NCBI RefSeq assembly: GCF_001194135.2
Contig: NC_068981.1
Span: forward strand, 180,082,903-180,146,771
DNA from: Octopus bimaculoides
Lineage: Eukaryota
Direction of reading: 5' to 3'
DNA length: 63,869 nucleotides
The notes beneath the pieces are model-generated. The model saw only the letters and a program-made list of their open reading frames with translations, was not told the origin of the DNA and ran no database searches. Positions 53,440-63,869 of the stretch are shown piece by piece. Position 1 is the first letter of the stretch. Every line of letters begins with the position of its first letter. Position numbers and translations under genes: made by a program.

Positions 53440-54180
53440 TTCCGAACGTTATGAAGCATGTGTTATGGTTAAATTACTTGATACAGTTATAACACTTAGA
53501 GAAAGATATTTTTCAAAACCTTTATTTTGGAAATTATTTTGAAAATACTTTTAATATTCAGAGAAATTTTTTTTTTTTCAAAATGCTAGAATTAAGAAAA
53601 AAAAAACTGTTTAGAGAGTAGTATTATGGTTAAATTATTTGATACAGTTATAATATTTAGAGATAGATTTTTTCAAAATGTTAGGATTTAGAAAGGAAAG
53701 TTTTTTAGAGAGTAGAATGGCACTAACTTTTATGAAGAAATTTCACCAATTGTTTGTAGACTTTAATAAATGTCCAAGTGCTTTCAGTTCTCAAAGTTAT
53801 AAAGCAAGTGTTATGGTTTAAAACAGAAAGAGCTACCAAGAATGAAGAATAGTGGAAGAGTCATTGAATAATTAGAGAGGGGTAAACCATAAGGAATAGT
53901 AGAAGAGTCATTGAATAATGAGAGAGGGGTAAACCATAAGGAATAGTAGAAGTGTCATTGAATAGTGAGAGAAATGTAAAGCATGAGGATTAGTAGAAGT
54001 GTCATTCAATAGTAAGAAAGGGGGTCGGAGGTGTAAAGTTGAAAAAAAGTTATAAAGCACTGTTATGGCTTAAAACAGACAGAGCTAACAGGAGTGAAGA
54101 ATAGTAAAAGAGTCATTGAATAGTGAGAGACGGCTGAAGCATGAGGAATAGTAGAAGTGTCAGTGAATAGTGAGAGAGCG
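53440..54180. repeat. Nested minisatellites: about 47-bp unit (GAATAGTAGAAGAGTCATTGAATAATGAGAG...) within longer duplications
   Basis: About 47-bp units at 53858-54010 and 54098-54178; TTATAAAGCA..TGTTATGG.TTAAAACAG block at about 53798 and 54050; about 60-bp block at about 53460 and 53622. Confidence 0.85.
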
Positions 54181-54482
54181 GGTCGTGTTACACACTCATA
54201 CACCGACATTCACTTTCGCACTTATTATCATAGAAGGATTTTGTCTGAAACGACGAATTTTCCAGACTCCAAGACAAATTCAGTAGACTTCAACGTACAC
54301 ACACATACACACACGCACACACGCACGCACACACACACGTGCACACGTGCGCACGCATGCACGCACATACATACGCACGCACGCGCACACTCACACATGA
54401 GTATGTGTGTGCTGAGTATATATTTTGAGTATGTGTGTATACGTGGTAGTGTGTGTGTATGTGCGTGTGTGTTTGTGCGTGT

Positions 54483-54522
<40 letters not shown>

Positions 54523-55779
54523 GTGTGTGTGTGTGTGTATGTGTGTGTATATAAACTGAAAATTCGACACAACGTATATGAAGTTTATACCTTAACCAAG
54601 GTTATGATCGTATGTTTAATAAACATATATTTAGCACCACTGTAGTTAACACACACTCGGCCATCAGTGATTTAAAGAGAGAAAAAGAGAGTGAAAAAGA
54701 GAGAGAAAAAGAGAGGGGGAAAGAGGGATAGGGGGAGTGCATTAAACCGCGGTGCAATTTGTCCGCGGATGTTAAATGAACCACCGGCACAGCTTATATA
54801 TGATTAAAATTGTAATGAGATTAAAATCTTATACTTATAAACATATCGATAGTTTTGCAATAAAAACAAACTTGGACTTGGTCTGATGGCACTCAAAATA
54901 TTTATTTGTGCCAATGGTGACTTTCGCATAGCAACAAAAGATGAGAATGTGAACGGTTACATTGGCTTTAATTGAAGTTGTATGCACTCGATAACGCCTC
55001 GTTCTTGGTTTATGACTGTTGAAAGAGCTGTCGTTTAAACGCGAGAGCTCTTTTTACAGCGCAGCTACACGTCTTTAATATATGATTATAACATTGATCT
55101 TTATAACATAATCCAAGAAGTGTTCCCATGATGAATTGCTGTGGTTCCGTATTCAATTGCACTTAGAGCATCTATGAAGAGGTCGCAAATAACCACAATG
55201 GTGAGACGTACGTAGTGAACAAATGATATAAGTTTGAGTTTATTATGATTTCTTCTACATCTACTCTGTGTCATAACCAATAACAATACTTAGCGCAATG
55301 GTAGCCACGCCACTATACTGGATGTTGATATTCTATGTGGAACTCTCAACTCACCAGTTGCAGTCGTATATCTAACCGTACACACATGATATTCAATAAT
55401 TTTATTTTATATTCAAAAATAAAGATCACAAACTAATCAGATCTATCCCTTTTTTCCTACCGAAGAAGAAATAAAACCTGAAGTTACTGCTAATTTACTT
55501 TCCTCAGCAGGAATAGAATTACATGTTTAAAAATAAGTGTATACCTTAGATTTCAGTATATGAAGACATATATAATGTCGTTCAATGAACTAATAGATTA
55601 GTCACATGTGTCAGTAAACGCACTCTTTTGCAAGTTAAACTGATCTAGCTTCTATACGCATCAAATGGTTATACAATACTAGTTGCTCTGAGGAAACAAT
55701 TAGTTCTCTGATGACGGTGTAACAAGTATAGAAACTAATCAATAAATATACACATATTTAAGTGTGTGTGTGTGTTTGT

Positions 55780-55980
55780 GTTTGTCCCCCCCCACCCACA
55801 CACACACACCATCGCTTGACAACTAATGTTTGTGTGTTTATGTCCCTGAAACTTAGCGCTTCGGCAAAAGAGACCGACAGGCTGTCAAACAATAAGCCCT
55901 GGGGTTGCTTTCTTCAACTAAAGGTGGTGCTCCAGCATGGCCGCAGTCAAATGACTGAAACATGTAAAAGAGTAAAAGAA
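55780..55980 (+). mobile_element. SINE family B 3' half
   Basis: CCATCGCTTGACAAC...AAGGTGGTGCTCCAGCATGGCCGCAGTCAAATGACTGAAAC. Confidence 0.9.
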
Positions 55981-56813
55981 TGGCGTACTACGGATAGCTT
56001 TCGGAGCACATTGGAAGCATGCTACTATGTACGCCAGGCCAACCTGTCGGCATCCACTTCAATGTACATTTGTATGCATATGAACATATACATGTGTGTG
56101 TATGCATGTGTGCGTGTGTGCGCGCGTCTGTGTACGTGTGTTTGTGTATACATGCATACATACATAACATATAGATATATGTGCATATATAGATACGTGT
56201 ACGTACACAATTATACTTTACATTCCCCCACACACACACAAGCGCACACAAATGTTTGTAGATAAGTGTAACCTTCTTTTACGCTACTTCATTAGAACAA
56301 ATGAAAAATCAGGATGTTTTTCCTAGCAGTAAAATTTACATACTCTAATGTGAGCACTTCGAGTCGATCTTTTATGCAGTATATGATACATGGTCATATT
56401 AACATCATATTAACCATATTCACTTGCTGCTTCTCAAAGTTCATTTGCCACTGAAAAGCACTTCAAAATGTTTCAATAGATAATGGTTGCGTTGTATACA
56501 AATTCTGCGATTCTGCTTATATCCCTGCACTTCTAAAATTTGCCTGTTTTGAAGAAGATAGTGCAATCACGTTCTTTCTTTTCTTTTTTCATTCTTTTTT
56601 TTTCTTAGAACGATCGCAGCGTGTTTCTATTTTGAATGCATTTGCGCTGGTTTGTTAGTTTATCGAACGGACTATATGATTCTGTTGAGTTCAATGAGGT
56701 GAAGTAAGCTTTCACCGTGTGCCATAAGGAACAGGAATCAGCATATGTTTATCACAGACGTACACACGCACATATACCTAGAAAGCTAGTTGCATAGATA
56801 GACAAACAGATAA

Positions 56814-56878
<65 letters not shown>

Positions 56879-56895
56879 ATGATAGATAGACAGAC

Positions 56896-56932
<37 letters not shown>

Positions 56933-57144
56933 GAAATACATACATATATATACATACATGCATATATACATGCATACATAGATACATACATACATACATA
57001 CATACATACATACATACATACATACATGCATACATACATATACTTCAGCAATGTTACTACACACGGGCTATTGGCGATTTCTTTTCCTTCTTTGGACTAT
57101 TTTTGAATTGGTTGCATTTTTGAATTCACGTTTTTTTAATTGAA

Positions 57145-57177
<33 letters not shown>

Positions 57178-58169
57178 NNNNNNNNNNNNNNNNNNNNNNN
57201 NNNNNNNNNNNNNNNNNNNNNNNNNNNNNNNNNNNNNNNNNNNNNNNNNNNNNNNNNNNNNNNNNNNNNNNNNNNNNNNNNNNNNNNNNNNNNNNNNNNN
57301 NNNNNNNNNNNNNNNNNNNNNNNNNNNNNNNNNNNNNNNNNNNNNNNNNNNNNNNNNNNNNNNNNNNNNNNNNNNNNNNNNNNNNNNNNNNNNNNNNNNN
57401 NNNNNNNNNNNNNNNNNNNNNNNNNNNNNNNNNNNNNNNNNNNNNNNNNNNNNNNNNNNNNNNNNNNNNNNNNNNNNNNNNNNNNNNNNNNNNNNNNNNN
57501 NNNNNNNNNNNNNNNNNNNNNNNNNNNNNNNNNNNNNNNNNNNNNNNNNNNNNNNNNNNNNNNNNNNNNNNNNNNNNNNNNNNNNNNNNNNNNNNNNNNN
57601 NNNNNNNNNNNNNNNNNNNNNNNNNNNNNNATTTCTGAATTTTCAGTATGTTGGAGAAGCAGGTTACTGTCAATCCCTATATATTTATGATTATAAATGT
57701 TTTTTACCGAAAAGGTTTTTTCATACTGAGCTACCCGGCAAAATTGTTAATTATTAATTTTATTACTAATTGACGATTCCCTGCCCTGCATATCTATATA
57801 TATATATATATATATATACATAAAAATATACATACATACATATATATATTATATATTATATATATATTATGTATATATATAATAATAATATAAGTAATAT
57901 ATATGTATGATAGAACGCCACGCATCCTCTTTCAAGTAAGTTTTTTCTTAATAATTATGATGAGTACTCTTCTATCTTTTTACTCTCTTTCTCTCTCTTA
58001 TACTTTTACCTCCTCTTCTTCCATTATTCTATCCTATTACTCTTTCGTTTTTTGTCTCTTCCTTTCTCCCCTTTTCCCATCCTGTTTTTCTCACTTATCC
58101 TGTCACCAATTTTTTCCTCTCGTCTTCACAGTTCTCTGTCTGTCACTCTCTCTCGCTCACTCTTCCTCC

Positions 58170-58470
58170 CTTGCTCACGTGGCTCCCATGTTGCCATCGG
58201 CCATCTTTCTTCTAACTTGTGTTTCTTCCTTTCTCTCCGTTGTAGCTGGAACAAGGAAGACGTGTACTTGTCTGTCTCCTGTCCAGGCTTGATTTACGCG
58301 TTCGCCACCACAACCTCGCATAGGCTTAGCAGCCCTTCCTGTTTGTTTTCACTGTCCTGTTTGTGTTACCAATTTTGATCTTCTGCAAAATCCCAAATTT
58401 TATTTAATTTGATTTGCGGTAGTACCTTTTATCGAAAGCGTATCTTGTTTTTAAATGCTCGAAATACGAG
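58170..58470 (-). repeat. Inverted solo copy of the 47100-47410 repeat
   Basis: See the 47100-47410 feature. Confidence 0.85.
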
Positions 58471-58641
58471 AGTAGAAATACAGCCAACCACTGTTGAAGG
58501 ATTGTTTTTTTCTTTTTGTGTTGGTTGTCTTGTTTTCCATTTGTGTCTTTCGTTGTTCGAAAAAAATAGTACATATTCCTTGTACTCGCACTTCGTACTT
58601 TATGTTGTACACGTTTCGTGACGTCCTGTGTTCACATATGC

Positions 58642-58676
<35 letters not shown>

Positions 58677-59981
58677 NNNNNNNNNNNNNNNNNNNNNNNN
58701 NNNNNNNNNNNNNNNNNNNNNNNNNNNNNNNNNNNNNNNNNNNNNNNNNNNNNNNNNNNNNNNNNNNNNNNNNNNNNNNNNNNNNNNNNNNNNNNNNNNN
58801 NNNNNNNNNNNNNNNNNNNNNNNNNNNNNNNNNNNNNNNNNNNNNNNNNNNNNNNNNNNNNNNNNNNNNNNNNNNNNNNNNNNNNNNNNNNNNNNNNNNN
58901 NNNNNNNNNNNNNNNNNNNNNNNNNNNNNNNNNNNNNNNNNNNNNNNNNNNNNNNNNNNNNNNNNNNNNNNNNNNNNNNNNNNNNNNNNNNNNNNNNNNN
59001 NNNNNNNNNNNNNNNNNNNNNNNNNNNNNNNNNNNNNNNNNNNNNNNNNNNNNNNNNNNNNNNNNNNNNNNNNNNNNNNNNNNNNNNNNNNNNNNNNNNN
59101 NNNNNNNNNNNNNNNNNNNNNNNNNNNNNNNNNNNNNNNNNNNNNNNNNNNNNNNNNNNNNNNNNNNNNNNNNNNNNNNNNNNNNNNNNNNNNNNNNNNN
59201 NNNNNNNNNNNNNNNNNNNNNNNNNNNNNNNNNNNNNNNNNNNNNNNNNNNNNNNNNNNNNNNNNNNNNNNNNNNNNNNNNNNNNNNNNNNNNNNNNNNN
59301 NNNNNNNNNNNNNNNNNNNNNNNNNNNNNNNNNNNNNNNNNNNNNNNNNNNNNNNNNNNNNNNNNNNNNNNNNNNNNNNNNNNNNNNNNNNNNNNNNNNN
59401 NNNNNNNNNNNNNNNNNNNNNNNNNNNNNNNNNNNNNNNNNNNNNNNNNNNNNNNNNNNNNNNNNNNNNNNNNNNNNNNNNNNNNNNNNNNNNNNNNNNN
59501 NNNNNNNNNNNNNNNNNNNNNNNNNNNNNNNNNNNNNNNNNNNNNNNNNNNNNNNNNNNNNNNNNNNNNNNNNNNNNNNNNNNNNNNNNNNNNNNNNNNN
59601 NNNNNNNNNNNNNNNNNNNNNNNNNNNNNNGTGTGTATAAACATATACATATATATAAATATATATATATGTATGCGATTATGTTTGTGTATCTGTGTCT
59701 GTACGTGTGTATAAACATATACATATATATAAATATATATATATGCATGTGTGAATGGATGTGAGTACGAATGTATGTGTATATAGTGATACAGGCTCGA
59801 ATTGAATATAAAACATGTTAAATGCATAATAGATTGAACACATGGTGTTGAGTTTACTCAGAAAACTACGATTTCAATGCATCACGAAAAGAGCCTTCTG
59901 AAAATACGCTGAAAAAATATATATTGATCAAACAGATAAAAGTTATCTTGAGTGAAGCGAAATAGTTGTGATAGAATATAC

Positions 59982-60242
59982 AATAAAAATATGAATAAAA
60001 ATATGAATAAAAATATGAATAAAAAGATGAATAAAAAGATGAATAAAAAGATGAATAAAAAGATGAATAAAAATATGAATAAAAATATGAATAAAAATAT
60101 GAATAAAAATATGAATAAAAATATGAATAAAAATATGAATAAAAATATGAATAAAAAGATGAATAAAAAAGATGAATAAAAAGATGAATAAAAATATGAA
60201 TAAAAATATGAATAAAAATATGAATAAAAATATGAATAAAAG
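59982..60242. repeat. 12-bp minisatellite (AATAAAAAKATG)n, about 21 units
   Basis: Direct; T and G variants occur in blocks. Confidence 0.97.
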
Positions 60243-61136
60243 ATAGTATTGTGTTCATTTTATGATAGGAAGGAGGATAAGTGATGAGGTATGAATAGGA
60301 TTGGTCTAAGGATCAGATGCGTGTGAGTAGGAAATGTTTAATGAACATATGATTTTACAGATTATTCTAAATGTTAAAATAAAATATGAAAAGCTAGGCT
60401 CTAGATTAGATGTTTGAAATCGAGAGTATTCATTAGTAACGGGGATAATTAATTAATTAATTAATCAATAATTAATTATGGGTGAGAAAAAGGAGTATTG
60501 TAGAATTATTGTTCTGCTATTTTAGTAAAATGTAAAATTTCATCATCTTAGTTTAGCAGGTATATAATGAAAATATATTATATTGAATAATTAAACTGTT
60601 AAAAGGTTGAATAAAGACAAAAGTTACTTTTAAAAAATTGCAATATTTTGTATTATATGAATGATCAGATATGCTATATTATATGAATGATCAGTAGGTT
60701 AACCTAAATCATGATTAGTATATATAGCCCGGCTATTTCAAATTAATAATTTGTATGTGTAAGTTATAATTGGTTACTGAAAATATTTCCACGTATGTCG
60801 AGATAGTGAAATTTATAAAATAACATAAAATATCATACATTAACTATCAGTTTAAAAAGACCAAATTATGGGGTATGAAAAATGAATACACAAGAAGCAG
60901 AAAAGTATTGTTAATTAAGATAAGAATGTAAAATATTCACTATAAATCATATAAACCACTTTATTAGAAATACTAAAAGACGATTTGTATTGAATCACTT
61001 TATTAGAAATACTAAGAGAGTATGATACACCTAAAAGGTGGATTCCAAATCACTAAAAGAAAGGTGGCAGATAACTACTAGTGAAGAAATTATATACAAT
61101 AACCCCCCCCCCCGCAAAAAAAAATATATATATATA

Positions 61137-61530
61137 GGCGCAGGAGTGGCTGTGTGGTAAGTAGCTTGCTTACCAACCACATGGTTCTGGGTTCATTCCC
61201 ACTGCGTGGCACCTTGGGCAAGTGTCTTCTACTATAGCCTCAGGTCGACCAAAGCCTTGTGAGTGGATTTGGTAGACGGAAACTGGAAGAAGCCCGTCGT
61301 ATATATGCATATATATATATGTATGTGCGTTTGTGTGTCTGTGCTTGTCCCCCCACCATCGCTTGACAACCGATGCTGGTGTGTTTACGTCTCCGTAACT
61401 TAGCGGTTCGGCAAAAAGAGACCGATAGAATAAGTACTAGGCTTACGAAGAATAAGTCCTGGGGTCGATTTTCTCGACTAAAGGCGGTGCTCCAGCATGA
61501 CCGCAGTCAAATGACTGAAACAAGTAAAAA
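61137..61530 (+). mobile_element. SINE family B (OR1-like CORE-SINE), full length
   Basis: A box TGGCTGTGTGG, B box-like GGGTTCATTCCC, CORE-like GGCACCTTGGGCAAGTGTCTT, central (TA)/(TG) tract, 3' half ending ACAAGTAAAA. Confidence 0.93.
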
Positions 61531-62445
61531 AAAGAGTATATCAGTCGAAAATGTTTCGAAATAGTCAAAATCAATCGATACCCGATGTGTTCTTGCTTTT
61601 TGGCTGCCGGAAGAGTTGTATTGTATAACCATGTGGGTTTTTTTTTTCAGAGAGTGGTTATAAATGTTTAGTAAACATATTACAGAGGTAAGGCCTTCAA
61701 TCTCTTTCTCTTACCTTTTGGTTGCAGCTCTTTGGGCACGACTGTGAATTATACTGCGCAAATTGAATCGGGTTTTGGCAAGCAACTCTCATGAGTAAAC
61801 CACAATGTTGATGTTTTTAGTTTTTAAAAGACGGTTTTATGTATATAACTATGAAAATATGGGGTGAAATGATTTTGAGCATAAGTCTAGTGGATGAAGT
61901 CTGTCCAGGGGCTAAGCAACAAGATAGTTTTCATCCCCATGATATTGAGTACTTGTATCTTTGAGTACCACTTAGTACAGAAACGTTATAGCTTCCGTGT
62001 ATTAAAATAAGTACTTATATGTTACTAACACGTCTCAGGAATATCATTTTGTATTTGATACCTTTAGGTGAGAACTACTCCGAATGATTTAGTTAAATAT
62101 TAATTTAAACTCACCTAATTCTACTCTTTTAAAACTTACTGCTCGCCCTAAGGAATTATTGATACAAAAGCACAAAAGGAAAATTTAAAAATTAAAATAA
62201 TCCCTTCACCGATGCATATTTATATTTTGTAAGCACGTACGATGTTTGGATTAAACCTTGAATAACTTCTCCTAGTTCTTCATAGAATGACGTCCTTGTT
62301 GAACTGATTTGCTTACATACTTGGCAACACGTGATGACGTGAGTCCTCAAACTGTCCAAAACTGCACAGTCTCTCCGTTCGATGCCTGTGTAATGATTTT
62401 GTGAATACGGAGTTCAGACTGAGTTTAATTTTATAGCAACAACTA

Positions 62446-62528
62446 CAAGTCTTAAATACATAAATTTACTTCAAGTCTTAAATACATAAATTTACTTCAA
62501 GTCTTAAATACATAAATTTACTTCAAGT
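62446..62528. repeat. 26-bp tandem repeat x3.2 (CAAGTCTTAAATACATAAATTTACTT)
   Basis: Perfect units at 62446, 62472 and 62498. Confidence 0.97.
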
Positions 62529-63869
62529 ATACCGAAGACAATGAGAAATACCATCTTATTAAAATGTGAAAAAAAAATCTCAGAGTTAAAAATGACAGTA
62601 AAAAAATGTATATATATTTTGTTCAAGAAAGTATTGTAGAAACGAAAAAAAAAAAATTAAAAAGACATTACTTGACACTATACAAGATAAACATTTTGTG
62701 TCTATTTAAATATAAAGCTTGGTGATATATATGTTTTGAAAAATAGGTGGAGTTGCAACATTGACAAAATAAAAGACAAGCTGTCAGAAGTCCTTAAAAT
62801 CCTTTCCTTTCATTACAATCACTCGTAGGTGGTCTGCCAGTCTAGCAGGGGTTCCTGACATCACGCTGTACGATATTGTCAAATGTTGCTGTCTTTAGCG
62901 CTGATAATGATGAAGACAGAGAGAGAGAGGGGTGGAAGAGAGAGATGGTGTGAGGGAGGGAGAAAGAGTGTAGGAGGAGGACTTATTTCTTTGTTTTTGT
63001 TTAGTAGTGGGTACGGTGGGAATCGGTTTGATAACGTAGCTTACATCAAGAAAGAAACAAGATTTTGTGCTCACAATCTCCGAACGTTCAGCAAGCGTTA
63101 AATCTCGATTAAAACACTAGTATAAGCCATAATATATTTAAACACATATATGCATATAAACCAGAATATGTTTTTATATACATACGTGCTTTACGAACCC
63201 TAACGCATATATGTATATATATATAAAGATAAAAAAGGGGTTTGTATGATAGTGTATAGAGGAATATATTATTCAAATGAATTCCAACTCTGTTTCTTAT
63301 GTTTTATTTATATTCTTGTAAAATTAATGTAGGATATAGAATATGGAATATATAGTGTATCTAGTAAAATGAAATAAAGTATTGAATGTCTTATTGAATA
63401 AATGAAATATTGAATGTTAAATATTAAAGGACTTTCCTGCTTTCTAGCAATCTTTAAGGTCCCATGTGACATATATATATATATATATATGAAGGGGATG
63501 TTTCTATGTGGCCTGCATGTTTGTTGCACCTTGTTTACCATTTTACCCTTGTTCTTTTGCCATGTCATGTACCCAGTTATGTATCTATATGTACATGTAG
63601 ATGAACGTATATACATACATGTACATATATATGCATATACTCATATATTGTTTGTATCACGACAGAACGCACGCTTTACCTTTATACAGTAAGTTTTAAC
63701 TATTTTTCTAACGCGAGTCTCTCTATTTCTATCTCCCCCTCTCATTCTTCCCTCTACTGTTCTTCGCCTCTACCTGTCACTACTTCTCTCTCTCTATCTA
63801 TCTCTTGTTACTCGTCCTTCGCCTCTCACCGTTCTACTACTATCTCTCTCTCTCTCTACCTCTCGTTGC

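Noticed and set aside
55708-55740. CTGATGA...GAAAC hammerhead-like spacing
   Set aside because: No stem II, stem I or NUH arrangement could be formed.
55981-56036. Small hairpin TGGCGTAC...GTACGCCA as a pre-miRNA
   Set aside because: Only 8 contiguous base pairs, and the remaining stem is too irregular.
58244-58378. Apparent strong splice acceptor (CTAAC, poly-Y, TAG) opening SWNKEDVYLSVSCPG
   Set aside because: It lies inside the inverted copy of the 47100-47410 repeat, so it is repeat-derived.
62835-62897. Possible terminal exon WSASLAGVPDITLYDIVKCCCL-stop with a CaaX-like end
   Set aside because: Short, unsupported by any other exon or homology, and likely chance.

Overview
Eukaryotic, AT-rich, extremely repeat-dense draft-assembly DNA with many N gaps, mostly flanked by (TA)n, (CA)n or (GA)n. 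Its tRNA-headed SINE families resemble those described from octopus (OR1 CORE-type, OR2 Deu/Nin-type), so a coleoid cephalopod, probably Octopus, is the inferred source; I could not confirm this by search. I find no confident host protein-coding gene. Almost all ORFs in the track are artefacts of microsatellites or N runs, so the window is probably intronic or intergenic; one weak 63-nt minus-strand exon candidate exists. Recognisable content: about 25 SINE copies or fragments; a full-length dead Tc1/mariner of DD41D type with TIRs, plus other mariner remnants and a MITE; two internally deleted Helitron RepHel relics; an RTE LINE 3' end; Penelope-like (GIY-YIG) relics; several fold-back palindromes; minisatellites. 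The most interesting signal is an apparently intact type I hammerhead ribozyme (45518-45612) in one arm of a ~340-bp fold-back, inside a cluster of Penelope remnants that also holds a second, minimal hammerhead. A 2x2 modular swap of SINE heads and bodies is also visible. Boundaries are hand-read and approximate unless TSD, TIR or codon positions are quoted.
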